This document shows, piece after piece, positions 31,482 to 44,666 of a stretch of DNA of 64,000 nucleotides (the stretch's first letter is position 1; every line of letters starts with the position of its first letter). The stretch lies in contig CAIVRE010000018.1 of NCBI GenBank assembly GCA_903908245.1, forward strand, positions 66,876-130,875, read 5' to 3'. Below the pieces are notes generated by a model. It was not told the DNA's origin. It saw only the letters and a list, made by a program, of their open reading frames with translations, and searched no databases. Source of the DNA: Candidatus Omnitrophota bacterium (lineage in GTDB: Bacteria; Omnitrophota; Gorgyraeia; Zapsychrales; Fredricksoniimonadaceae). Position numbers and translations under genes: made by a program.

Positions 31482-32456
31482 ATGGGCAAGATCGTTGTTA
31501 CCGGTGGAGCCGGTTTTATCGGCAGTTGTATGGTGGCCTGGCTTAATGCGCAAGGCTATAAAGACCTTATTGTTGTAGATCATTGGGATGGGGATGGTCT
31601 TAAGCGCCGAAATTTGACGGGGAAAGATTATATTTCTTATTATGATAAAGCGGAGTTCCTGGGGTTGGTCCTTTCAGGAAAAGCACCCAGGGATGTGGGC
31701 TGTGTTTTTCATATGGGAGCCTGTTCATCGACCACGGGTCAGGACCGCGATTATTATTTGAAGAACAATTTCGATTATTCCTGCCATATGGCTCGCTGGG
31801 CGCTGGGGGCGGGAGCCCGGTTTATCTATGCCAGTTCCGCCGCGACTTATGGTGACGGGGAGAATGGATATTCCGACAGTCTCGATTCGATCGGCCGGTG
31901 CAAGCCATTGAACTATTATGGCGAGTCGAAGCAGATGTTCGATGAGTGGGTCCTTCGGGAAAAACTTTATGATAAAGTTGTCGGGTTGAAATTCTTTAAT
32001 GTTTTCGGGCCTAACGAATATCATAAAGGTGATATGAAAAGCGTTATTGCCAAGAGCTACGACCGTGTTGTGCAAGAGGGGAAAATGGTTCTTTTCAAGT
32101 CGCATCGGCCTGATTATGCGGATGGGGAGCAGAAGCGTGATTTTGTGTATGTGAAGGATGTGGTGGATGTGATGCAGTTCTTTATGCAGGAGCCGTCGAT
32201 CAACGGGATCTATAATGTGGGGTCTGGCCGTGCGCGTTCCTGGAACGACCTTGCTTTTGCGCTTTTTGCGGCTGTCGGGAAGCCTCCGCTCATTGAGTAT
32301 GTTCCCATGCCGGAAGTGTTGCGTTCAAAATACCAGTATTTTACTCAGGCGGATATGTCCCGTCTTCTTAAATCAGGGTATGATCGTCCATTCACCGGGT
32401 TGGAAGAGGCGGTTAAGGATTACGTTGTTTATTTAAAAGACCGGGTCGCAATGTAG
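31482..32456 (+). CDS. hldD: ADP-L-glycero-D-manno-heptose 6-epimerase
   Basis: KIVVTGGAGFIGS plus the HldD-like region after the Rossmann motif; ATG at 31482. Confidence 0.75.
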   Translation: MGKIVVTGGAGFIGSCMVAWLNAQGYKDLIVVDHWDGDGLKRRNLTGKDYISYYDKAEFLGLVLSGKAPRDVGCVFHMGACSSTTGQDRDYYLKNNFDYSCHMARWALGAGARFIYASSAATYGDGENGYSDSLDSIGRCKPLNYYGESKQMFDEWVLREKLYDKVVGLKFFNVFGPNEYHKGDMKSVIAKSYDRVVQEGKMVLFKSHRPDYADGEQKRDFVYVKDVVDVMQFFMQEPSINGIYNVGSGRARSWNDLAFALFAAVGKPPLIEYVPMPEVLRSKYQYFTQADMSRLLKSGYDRPFTGLEEAVKDYVVYLKDRVAM

Positions 32457-32466
32457 GGAGGGGATT

Positions 32467-33624
32467 ATGGTGGTTTTTTATATTCTGGGAGGAATCCTTA
32501 TCGCTGTTGTTGGCGTTCTTGGATGGCTTTTTTATTCCCTTAAGAGAGCGGCTATTTCGTCGACCGGAATAAAAGTTGAACCTGTTGTTCATCTTAATGA
32601 GCTAAAGCCTTTTGTTCCGGGTGGGCTGGAAGGGAAGGATCCTGTTCCTGAAATTGCAGTGCGCGAAGTTCCAAGTGGTTTGGCGCCCCCGGTATCTCCT
32701 GAGGAGGGGAACTGGCAGGAAGAGGTCCGGCTGGCCCGGGAGAAAGCGGTGGTTCTAACCAGGGATTTTAATGACGCTATCAGTAAAATAAAAAAGGAAA
32801 ATGAAGATTTGCGCGCGGATATTGAAGGGCTTCGGCAAAGTAATGCGCGTTTAAATAATGAAGAGTTGCCGCATCTTAAAGCGGAGTGTTCTGCGTTCAA
32901 GTTGCAGATGGATGCCGGGAATATGGAGATCTCCAGGCTGGAGGCTGAAAACTCTCGGTTAAGGTCGGAGAAAACTCCGGAGCCAGAGAAGAGGGATATT
33001 GAGGGGGCTGTTCGCTCGCAATATCAGGGGCGGATCGATGAGTTGATCGTTCAGGTTAAAGAGCTTCAGCGCGATAATGAGTTGTTAAGAGCACCAAAGG
33101 CTGTTTTGCCGGAAAAGGTTCAAGGGGACCCTTTTTCCCATGCCGAGGCGGTTGATGCGCTCAGGGATGACCTAGAGGTCCTTCGTTCGGAGAAGGCCCG
33201 GATGGAGGCCAGGATCGAGGAGATGGAGGAGGTTGCACGCGGCGAGCAGGAAAAGAGCGAGCATCTTTCGTACGAGCTTACAAAGAGCAGGGCGCATGCG
33301 GTTGGCGTCGAACGCATTTGTGATAATGCCCGTCGTCAGTTTGAGGGGATCTCCAGGGAGGCGCATGATACGGAACATGACAATGCCCTGCTTAAAAGGC
33401 AGTCGAATGCCCTTGAGCAGAGCCTGATCGATTTTAAACGGCTGAATTGCGAATTGTTGAAACGTGAGAAGCTTACTCAGTTTGAGCTTGAGCATAATCG
33501 TGCCCAATTAAAAGACCTTGAGCATATTTATGAGGTTTTTCGTTCGCGTTTGCAGAGTGCCGGGGTTGGCGAGGGGGCTTCGGCTGAATTGACCGTATCC
33601 AGTGCTTCGCCAACAAAGAGTTGA
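32467..33624 (+). CDS. membrane-anchored coiled-coil protein, hypothetical
   Basis: N-terminal TM segment, then long heptad-like stretches rich in E, L, R and K. Confidence 0.4.
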   Translation: MVVFYILGGILIAVVGVLGWLFYSLKRAAISSTGIKVEPVVHLNELKPFVPGGLEGKDPVPEIAVREVPSGLAPPVSPEEGNWQEEVRLAREKAVVLTRDFNDAISKIKKENEDLRADIEGLRQSNARLNNEELPHLKAECSAFKLQMDAGNMEISRLEAENSRLRSEKTPEPEKRDIEGAVRSQYQGRIDELIVQVKELQRDNELLRAPKAVLPEKVQGDPFSHAEAVDALRDDLEVLRSEKARMEARIEEMEEVARGEQEKSEHLSYELTKSRAHAVGVERICDNARRQFEGISREAHDTEHDNALLKRQSNALEQSLIDFKRLNCELLKREKLTQFELEHNRAQLKDLEHIYEVFRSRLQSAGVGEGASAELTVSSASPTKS

Positions 33625-33655
33625 AAGCATTTCTTTTTTTGTTATAATTAAAAAT

Positions 33656-34066
33656 ATGTTTAATAGAATTAGTATTATTACTTTATTTTGTTTTTCATTA
33701 TGCGGTTGCGCCTCTGTTGTTGATGCGCCCAAGAACATTCTCGGGTTTTCAAGAAGGGCCTTGGTCGCGGCCAAGGAGAATTCTTCTTATCAGGTGTATG
33801 AGGCGAGTCTTTCAGATGTGTTCAGCGCTACCGTTGAAGTCCTCGAAAAAGCCAAATATGATATTTTTACAAAAGACGAGATCCGCGGATTTATCGCGGT
33901 TATGGGTATCCCGGGGGTTGTGAGTACAACGGAAGTTGGTGTTTTTATATCGGAAACGGGCGGGGGTGGCGTCAGGGTGGAGCTTTCATCCCGCAGTACG
34001 CCTGCCAAAAGGGCTGTGGCGGCGATTCTTTTTAGCAGGTTATCCGAGAAATTCAAGAAGATCTGA
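33656..34066 (+). CDS. hypothetical lipoprotein
   Basis: MFNRISIITLFCFSLCGC lipobox. Confidence 0.4.
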   Translation: MFNRISIITLFCFSLCGCASVVDAPKNILGFSRRALVAAKENSSYQVYEASLSDVFSATVEVLEKAKYDIFTKDEIRGFIAVMGIPGVVSTTEVGVFISETGGGGVRVELSSRSTPAKRAVAAILFSRLSEKFKKI

Positions 34067-34106
34067 GGCCGTTGTTCTATAATAAGAGGGTTTTCAGGGG
34101 GGAGTT

Positions 34107-34340
34107 ATGGACAAGACAATATCGACATTTCAAAAAAATAAATTCCAGGAGGTCCGTATCGGCATCAGGGAATTTAAGGGGAATGATCTGATCGATATTC
34201 GCACATGGACCATGACGCAGGGGTCCGAGGATATGGTCCCGACGGCAAAGGGGGTTACGATCAATATCCATCTGTTGCCGGAATTGCGCCGCGCCCTGGA
34301 GTCTGCCGAAAAGATCCTCAAAGAAAATAAAATGTTATAG
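34107..34340 (+). CDS. PC4/YdbC-like ssDNA-binding protein
   Basis: GNDLIDIRTWTMTQGSEDMVPTAKGVTINI matches the bacterial PC4-like fold motif. Confidence 0.45.
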   Translation: MDKTISTFQKNKFQEVRIGIREFKGNDLIDIRTWTMTQGSEDMVPTAKGVTINIHLLPELRRALESAEKILKENKML

Positions 34341-34341
34341 C

Positions 34342-34369
34342 TTGACAAAGTTTCTTTGTGGTGTATACT
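34342..34369 (+). promoter_or_regulatory. rRNA operon promoter P1 (TTGACA-N16-TATACT)
   Basis: Consensus hexamers about 300 nt upstream of the 16S gene. Confidence 0.5.
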
Positions 34370-34527
34370 TATCAAACTTAATTCGCTCTTTGCAGTAACA
34401 GTCACCTCGTAATGTCCGCAGCAATGAGTTCGAGGTAGAGAGGCTTTTGGGAAGCATTCAAAGGCAATTCTCGAAATTTGTCGTTTCTCCGTCGAAAAAT
34501 TAAATTATAAAAACCAGACAAAAACGC

Positions 34528-34556
34528 TTGACATATTTTATTTTGTCTGTTATCCT
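34528..34556 (+). promoter_or_regulatory. rRNA operon promoter P2 (TTGACA-N17-TATCCT)
   Basis: Second consensus -35 about 100 nt upstream of the 16S gene. Confidence 0.45.
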
Positions 34557-34642
34557 TTTGACCTTCTAAGATGCATTTTGCAGCACACGTTCTTTGACAA
34601 TTTATTACCCATCAGCCATAAGTTTATTATAGCCAAGTTCTT

Positions 34643-36184
<1,542 letters not shown>

Positions 36185-36397
36185 TATTCGCTTCTCTTCG
36201 GAGATCGGTAGAAATGCTGTTGAAATTCAGCAGTAGTTTTAAGAACAAGAAGTACCAAAAAGAACAATAAGTATCCGGATAACCTCTGGAGAGCTTGGCT
36301 ATTTTTATTTCTGATCAGTGGTCAGTGTCTTTGGTCAGTAATGCCCACAGGCATTGACCACTGTATCAATGCATTGACCTCTGGTCTAGTATCAATC

Positions 36398-36474
36398 GGG
36401 CCCGTAGCTCAGTTGGCTAGAGCACCGTGCTGATAACGCGGGGGTCAGTGGTTCGATTCCACTCGGGCCCACCA
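36398..36474 (+). tRNA. tRNA-Ile (GAT)
   Basis: GGGCCCGTAGCTCAG...CTGATAACG...GGTTCGATTCC...GGGCCCACCA; CCA is encoded; lies in the 16S-23S spacer. Confidence 0.9.
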
Positions 36475-36486
36475 GTTTTTAAAACT

Positions 36487-36561
36487 GGGGGCTGTAGCTC
36501 AGTTTGGGAGAGCGCCTGCTTTGCAAGCAGGAAGTCAGGAGTTCGATCCTCCTCAGCTCCA
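36487..36561 (+). tRNA. tRNA-Ala (TGC)
   Basis: GGGGCTGTAGCTCAG...CTTTGCAAG...; has the G3:U70 pair; no encoded CCA. Confidence 0.9.
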
Positions 36562-36683
36562 CAAAATTTCATGATGGGTAATAGATTGAAAACATTTCGC
36601 TCAGAACATCGAGCTTTGTTCTTTGACAATTATGTAATGTAAGGGTAACTACAAATTAAATAATTAGTTTCTCGTAATATTGT

Positions 36684-39640
<2,957 letters not shown>

Positions 39641-39734
39641 TTTTTTTCGAGAAATGAACGTTTAATTTGGAGTATCCCTTACATTACATAATTGTTGATA
39701 TTTTGACCGGTTATTTATGATCGGTCATACTGAT

Positions 39735-39849
39735 TTCCGATAACATTACTGGAGAGGCAACACCCGTTCCCATTCCGAATACGGCAGTTAAGCTCTTCAA
39801 GGTCGATGGTACTGTACCCTTTGGGTGTGGGAGAGTAGATAGTTATCGG
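39735..39849 (+). rRNA. rrf: 5S ribosomal RNA
   Basis: ...CCCGTTCCCATTCCGAACACGG-like core (CCGTTCCCATTCCGAATACGGCAGTTAAG). Confidence 0.85.
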
Positions 39850-39857
39850 TTTATTTG

Positions 39858-39895
39858 GACCCGTTAGGAAGAAATTTCTAGCGGGTCTTTTTTTG
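39858..39895 (+). terminator. rRNA operon terminator (ACCCG.TAG-N10-CTAGCGGGT + T7)
   Basis: Stem-loop plus a T-run. Confidence 0.6.
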
Positions 39896-39978
39896 TTTTC
39901 TCGTCGATGAATGTAAAAGTTATTTTTAATGGATTGCAAGTTTATTGCTTTCAATGTGTTACAACTTCTAATGGCAGC

Positions 39979-40007
39979 TTGAAAACGCTACCTTCATGTG
40001 TTATCTT
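39979..40007 (+). promoter_or_regulatory. promoter TTGAAA-N17-TATCTT for the riboswitch leader
   Basis: Hexamers about 12 nt upstream of the aptamer. Confidence 0.4.
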
Positions 40008-40019
40008 TCATGGTGATGA

Positions 40020-40102
40020 AGAAAGGCAAACTACTTGAAAGAGTAGGGCGCAAAGCCGTGAGCCTGAATCCCGGGGGACCCGGGAAAGGCTGTCTGGTTG
40101 CC
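40020..40102 (+). ncRNA. probable c-di-GMP-I (GEMM) riboswitch aptamer
   Basis: AGGCAAACUACUUGAAAGAGUAGGGCGCAAAGCCGUGAGCCUGAAUCCCGGGGGACCCGGG...GGUUGCC is a near-exact match to the GEMM consensus (GGCAAACC, P1 hairpin with GAAA loop, GGACGCAAAGCC, CCUAAAC). A candidate attenuator lies at 40221-40250 before the ORF at 40360. Confidence 0.6.
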
Positions 40103-40220
40103 GTCGTGAGGACGTAAAGCTCGCTAAAAGAAAGTTTATAGCGAACGAGTACAGCCTTCGACCAAGCTTTGTAGCTTGGGCCGCACCTGTGAGTGTTGCC
40201 TTTGGCTACGATTACCAGAA

Positions 40221-40250
40221 CCCTTCGAGCCTTTCGAGGGGTTTTTATTT
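40221..40250 (+). terminator. intrinsic terminator / riboswitch expression platform (CCCTTCG-N7-CGAGGGG + TTTTTATTTTTT)
   Basis: 7-bp stem plus U-tract about 110 nt upstream of the SD/ATG of the 40360 gene. Confidence 0.5.
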
Positions 40251-40359
40251 TTTGGAAGGATACTTCCAAAGAATATCCTGGGACTCCTGGCGAGCTTTGA
40301 GCGAGCCGGGGGTTTTGGGATGACGGTGATGGCGCCCTGCGACCAAAAGGAGCAGGGAT

Positions 40360-42030
40360 ATGGCAGGCAAGCGTCTTGGGCTGATCTTGATGGGGATATG
40401 TGCGATCCTTGCAGTGCAAGAAAATGCGTTTGCAAGAGAAGATATTCCGATGTTGTTGCAGGACCAGCCTTCGTTGTCGCTTCCGTTCATCAATCCTCCA
40501 ATGCGTATTATTCCGGCGAATATTCCGGGATATCCCGGTCAATTGCCGGATCAGGAAAAGGCTGTTTCTTTGGATCGGGGGCTGGTGAGCTGGATCAAGG
40601 CCAATGTGAGCCCCAAGACAGGGATGTTCCTGAGTTTTCAGGTTTTACCTGATGAGAAAAAGTCTGTCTATTCCGAGATGGGGAAGCCGGATTCTGTCCC
40701 GGGGATCATAGAGCGTGTTATTGTTGAGAACGGGGTTGTCATCTATGACGGTGCCGTGGGGCAGATCGCGCTTACGCTTTCGGGCAGCGATGAAGATATG
40801 CGGATCGCACAGAAGCCCCTGGATATTTATTGGAAGGGCTGTTTGGGGGATCTGCAAAGCATCCGGGCAGGGTATCCCAATAATAATTTTATTTATGATC
40901 CAAAGGTCCCGGAAGCGGTGTCGTCTGATGTGGCGGCGAAGGGCACCCGGGGTTTTATTTACCGGATCATTAATGCTAATGGTGATTACCTTTCAGTTGA
41001 TCCGCTCGACGGAAAAAAGAAGTTTGATGGCTTTCCGACATGGCCAGACATTCATTGGGAGGACTGGAAGCCGGTCGCGGGGGAGAATGCGTGGGTGGTG
41101 ATCGCAGCCATGCAGATCTATCACAAGAAATATTTTGATCCGCAGACAAAAATGTACGATCAGCATCTTGAATCGGTTGAATTGCGGCTGTCGGAGGAAC
41201 TGGCACGCGCGGCATTGTTGCTTCAGGCGGAAAATGGCGGAATCAGGATGGCGCCACGCGGGACTTTTCGCGAGAATGAGCCTGTGCAGCCTTCAGGACA
41301 GGGGAGTTGGTGGTATAACCAGATATCCACCGAGAATAATCTTTCATGGTACAGTGCTTTGAGGATGCTTTATGCGGTGACAGGGAAGGAAGAATATTTA
41401 GTTGCGATGGCGAAAATGGAAGGCTATTTTAAACAGGTATTTAATGGCAGCGAAAAGTATTTTTACCAGGGGATGAGTTTTAACAATGGCGAGTGGCATG
41501 TCAATGGGGCGGACTTTGCCGTTGATGTTCAGACCTGGGGGGTATTGGCGCTTGGGGTGGATACGATCGACAGCTGGTTCGGTGACGGCGCAGCGTATTA
41601 TGCCTGGCAGAAGGCCAAGGAAGCATCTGCAACGCGTGATGCATCGGGCAAGTTGCTGGGAGTCGGATATACAACAGAGACGGGCCGGGTATCGGTCGAG
41701 TGGACGGCGGGGGCTATTATGGCGACCCGGCAGATGGCCAGGTATTATGATTATAAGCATCCGGAGTGGACCGGAGCGTTAAAGCAGGAAGCTTTGGAAA
41801 TGCGTGCCGGAATGGAGCTTCTTCGCCGGGACCTCCCGGGAGGGAAGTCGGCGTATGCGTACTCATCGAAGCGTGGATGGATCCCGTTCGGGTGGAATTC
41901 GCATGACCCTCGGGTGATGAGCCTGGCATCAACGGGATGGATGCTGTTTGTTGATCAGGGGTATAATCCGTTCATTATTAATGGCGACAAGAGGAATGAT
42001 ATCTTAAGGACTGCAATGCGGGCACAGTGA
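40360..42030 (+). CDS. secreted hypothetical protein (possible six-hairpin glycoside-hydrolase-like), 556 aa
   Basis: Signal peptide MAGKRLGLILMGICAILAVQENAFA; SD AAAAGGAG 8 nt upstream; downstream of the GEMM element. The domain call is weak. Confidence 0.45.
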   Translation: MAGKRLGLILMGICAILAVQENAFAREDIPMLLQDQPSLSLPFINPPMRIIPANIPGYPGQLPDQEKAVSLDRGLVSWIKANVSPKTGMFLSFQVLPDEKKSVYSEMGKPDSVPGIIERVIVENGVVIYDGAVGQIALTLSGSDEDMRIAQKPLDIYWKGCLGDLQSIRAGYPNNNFIYDPKVPEAVSSDVAAKGTRGFIYRIINANGDYLSVDPLDGKKKFDGFPTWPDIHWEDWKPVAGENAWVVIAAMQIYHKKYFDPQTKMYDQHLESVELRLSEELARAALLLQAENGGIRMAPRGTFRENEPVQPSGQGSWWYNQISTENNLSWYSALRMLYAVTGKEEYLVAMAKMEGYFKQVFNGSEKYFYQGMSFNNGEWHVNGADFAVDVQTWGVLALGVDTIDSWFGDGAAYYAWQKAKEASATRDASGKLLGVGYTTETGRVSVEWTAGAIMATRQMARYYDYKHPEWTGALKQEALEMRAGMELLRRDLPGGKSAYAYSSKRGWIPFGWNSHDPRVMSLASTGWMLFVDQGYNPFIINGDKRNDILRTAMRAQ

Positions 42031-42077
42031 CCGGATTTCTTCCTTCAGATTGACATTCATTAAGACGGGTGATATTA

Positions 42078-43970
42078 TCAACCCGTCTTTTTTATTGTTC
42101 TGTATGACGAGATATTGATTTTTTTCGGAGTAATGGAAACCTCTATCCACCCGTCAGGCTTTAGCCTGTCGTGGTGGATAGAAGTCTCCAAAACTTCCGG
42201 AGGAAGTTTTGGAGAGGTGGCCGAGTGGTTGAAGGCGCACGCCTGGAAAGTGTGTGACTGCAGAAATGTGGTCCCAGGGTTCGAATCCCTGCTTCTCCGT
42301 ATTTGATACCAATTCGAACCCTGGTGCTCCTGATCGAGGAGCGCCAGGGTTTCGATGTTTGTATGGGCCACGCAATATGGCTTGAAATCCCTTTCCTTGT
42401 CTTCAAACAAGCGATAATAGTCCGAATCCTTAGATAGTACTGGCTCGAGGCTGACCGGCCCTAAAAGCTCTTTTAAAGACAGGGAAGAGGCTAATGTGTC
42501 CTGGGAAAGTGTCTCGCTAAGTTTGGTCAGCCGGTTCTCGATCCATTCTTTGGGTGGGGCTTTAAAGGTGTTGTTGGTTTGGAACTCAAGGGATTGGATA
42601 TCCTGTTTGAGGTTAGTATCTTTTCGTTCTGCTTCTGTCAGGGCGTCTGCTACTGATTTGGACAGATTCCCGACTTTAATGAAGTTGATATAGTTTTGGA
42701 TCTCATCCTGCAATTTTGCGATCTCGGCACGTTTCTTCTTGAGGGTTTCCGGCGTCTTGTTTAATGTCGCAGCCGCTACTTTCTCGACCTTCTCGTAGAT
42801 GTATTCCAGGTTTTCGACGGTAAGGATCTTTTCTTTTAGGTCAGCGAGGATCTGTTCTTCGATCCTCTTTCGGGGGATGATAATGGTGTTCTTGCAGGTT
42901 TTTCTGCCGGCATTGTAACAGCCATAATAGCCCGTTGACTTGCCGCTCACCAGAACAATAGCACCGTCGCAAAGGCTGCATTTCATCAGGCCTGAGAAGA
43001 GGTGGGTGGGGCTGGTGTGGACGTAGCTCTTTTGTTTGTAGAATTTCTGGCGCTTTTTGCTGACAGGCCATGAACCTTCCATATCTTTCCAGCGTTGTTG
43101 CGCTTTATCCCAGGTGTCTTTATCGATAATGATAAGATCTTCACGGAAGAAGACCATCTGGTCTTTTACAGGTCGAGGCGTCGTCTTCTTTTTGCCCGTC
43201 ATAGGATCTCTGGAGGTTTTACTCCGTCGCCAGTCCCATTTCCCGATATAACGTTCGTTCTTCAGGATCCTGGAGAGGGTGGAGACATTCCAGCCATTTT
43301 TCTTACCCTTCTTTGTCGCCAGGCCTTCTTCATTGAAGAGGCAGGCGATCTTGTGAACGCTTTTTCCGGAAATGAATTCAATGAAGATTTTTTTAATGAT
43401 CTCGGCTTCTTCGGGGTTGATGACATGGATCCGGCCTTCATATTTCGCTTGACCGCGCTTATTCATGCGTAGTTCGCCGTAAGGCTTGGTGTAATAGCCA
43501 TAGACGTTCTCTCCGGCGCTAAAACCTCTCAGTTTTTGCCCTTCCAGACCGCGCATTGTCTTTTTTCTAAGGTCATCCAGATATAGCTCGTTTATCAATC
43601 CGCGCAGTTGAATGCCGAGCTTGGAGTTTTCGTCATCCGTGACGATTCCGTCAGATACGGAGATAAGTTTTACCTGCAGGTAGTTGAATTGAAGAACAAG
43701 TGTAAGCATTTGATGGTTGCTTCTGGAGAGGCGGGAGAGGTCGTCAACGACAACGGCTTCAAACTCGTGTTGTTCCATTGCTTTTGTTAATGCTTGCAGG
43801 GCAGGGCGGTTGATCAATGCGCCTGAAATGGCCTGATCTGTAAAAATGTGGTTATCATCGATGGTAATGTCATGCGCGGCACAGTAATTCTTACAGACGC
43901 GGATCTGGTCATCTAGACTTTTCTCGCTTTGGTTCTCTGAGGAATATCTGGCATAAATAGCGGCGCGCAT
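42078..43970 (-). CDS. large serine recombinase (resolvase/invertase-type catalytic domain + recombinase domain + zinc ribbon + coiled coil)
   Basis: N-terminus MRAAIYARYSSENQS...DDQ is the Ser-recombinase catalytic motif. A C4 zinc-ribbon (CSLCDG...CYNAGRKTC) follows. The last ~74 codons (42078-42300) are antisense to tRNA-Ser and its leader, so the real C-terminus may be shorter. Confidence 0.75.
   Translation of the reverse strand: MRAAIYARYSSENQSEKSLDDQIRVCKNYCAAHDITIDDNHIFTDQAISGALINRPALQALTKAMEQHEFEAVVVDDLSRLSRSNHQMLTLVLQFNYLQVKLISVSDGIVTDDENSKLGIQLRGLINELYLDDLRKKTMRGLEGQKLRGFSAGENVYGYYTKPYGELRMNKRGQAKYEGRIHVINPEEAEIIKKIFIEFISGKSVHKIACLFNEEGLATKKGKKNGWNVSTLSRILKNERYIGKWDWRRSKTSRDPMTGKKKTTPRPVKDQMVFFREDLIIIDKDTWDKAQQRWKDMEGSWPVSKKRQKFYKQKSYVHTSPTHLFSGLMKCSLCDGAIVLVSGKSTGYYGCYNAGRKTCKNTIIIPRKRIEEQILADLKEKILTVENLEYIYEKVEKVAAATLNKTPETLKKKRAEIAKLQDEIQNYINFIKVGNLSKSVADALTEAERKDTNLKQDIQSLEFQTNNTFKAPPKEWIENRLTKLSETLSQDTLASSLSLKELLGPVSLEPVLSKDSDYYRLFEDKERDFKPYCVAHTNIETLALLDQEHQGSNWYQIRRSRDSNPGTTFLQSHTFQACAFNHSATSPKLPPEVLETSIHHDRLKPDGWIEVSITPKKINISSYRTIKKTG
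42185..42215. repeat. 31-bp near-perfect palindrome overlapping the tRNA-Ser 5' end
   Basis: TCTCCAAAACTTCCG-G-AGGAAGTTTTGGAGA; the arms differ at one position; the last 5 nt are tRNA nt 1-5. Confidence 0.5.
42211..42299 (+). tRNA. tRNA-Ser (GGA)
   Basis: GGAGAGGTGGCCGAGTGGTTGAAGGCGCACGCCTGGAAAGTGTGT, a long variable arm, GGTTCGAATCC and CTTCTCCG; 89 nt, class II. Confidence 0.85.
42314..42354. repeat. imperfect ~17-bp-stem hairpin immediately 3' of tRNA-Ser, containing an inverted copy of the tRNA T-arm segment
   Basis: TCGAACCCTGGTGCTCC...GGAGCGCCAGGGTTTCGA; TTCGAACCCTGG is the reverse complement of tRNA nt CCAGGGTTCGAA. Confidence 0.4.
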
Positions 43971-43973
43971 GGA

Positions 43974-44162
43974 TTATCCTTTTGAAGAGAACAGTTCGGG
44001 ATGTTCAATTGCTGTTTTACAGTATTCATCGGCTAGGATCATGGAAATGGCATCAAGCATGCGCTGAACAGCGGCTGAATCCTTCCAGGAGAAGGAGGCC
44101 TTTGATGCTTTATAGATTGCTGTGGGTTCAGTTGCTATGATTGCCATGTACTTTTTTAACAA
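43974..44162 (-). CDS. small hypothetical protein (62 aa) translationally coupled upstream of the recombinase
   Basis: Its stop lies 4 nt before the recombinase ATG; possible recombination accessory factor (speculative). Confidence 0.3.
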   Translation of the reverse strand: MLKKYMAIIATEPTAIYKASKASFSWKDSAAVQRMLDAISMILADEYCKTAIEHPELFSSKG

Positions 44163-44275
44163 ATCCCTTTAAGGGTATATAATAGTCAAGTATTATATAA
44201 AAAGGTTGACCGCTCTTCTATGTCTAAAATATACCACTTAATGGATAATTTGTCAAGTGACACGACGGGAGGTAT

Positions 44276-44477
44276 TATGGATCCAAAGGTATTGGGAAAG
44301 AAGATCAAGTTGGCAAGGGTGGAGCTTGATTTAACGCAAACAGATCTGGCCGATAAGATCGGGGCAAAGCAGAAGAGTGTTTCACGCTATGAGAACGGAG
44401 CTTCTACGCCGTCGCTTGAGACAATGGCTAAAATCGCTAAAGTGCTAAAGAGACCTGTGGATCATTTTGTACAATAA
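44276..44477 (+). CDS. XRE-family helix-turn-helix transcriptional regulator
   Basis: LTQTDLADKIGAKQKSVSRYENG is the HTH_3 motif; GGAGG SD before ATG 44276; divergent from the recombinase operon. Confidence 0.7.
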
Positions 44478-44501
44478 TGAATTTAAGCAGTCATTATCTA
44501 A

Positions 44502-44526
44502 AAGCCGCCTTATGGCGGCTTTTTTA
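44502..44526 (+). terminator. intrinsic terminator (AAGCCGCC-TTAT-GGCGGCTT + TTTT)
   Basis: Perfect 8-bp stem plus a T-run after the XRE gene. Confidence 0.6.
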
Positions 44527-44617
44527 CGGATACACGACAGAACGCTGTCGTATTCGTTTTGTATATTAATAATCCGCTGTTTCACCACTTCCTAAGTGGC
44601 AACAATGAACAGGGGGC

Positions 44618-44635
44618 GCGACTTCTTCTTGTCGC
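44618..44635 (+). promoter_or_regulatory. palindromic operator copy 1 (GCGACT-N6-TGTCGC), 15 nt upstream of TATAAT (44651-44656)
   Basis: Same GCGACA-N6-TGTCGC family as the five downstream copies; sits upstream of the nuclease-WYL operon. Confidence 0.5.
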
Positions 44636-44666
44636 GCGTAGATATTTGAGTATAATAAGGATCTAT

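Noticed and set aside
39994-40652. Overlapping ORFs (39994-40542 minus, 40176-40652 plus) in the 5S-to-40360 spacer
   Set aside because: They overlap the GEMM aptamer, its terminator and the start of the signal-peptide-bearing 40360 gene. They have no SD and an RNA-like sequence.
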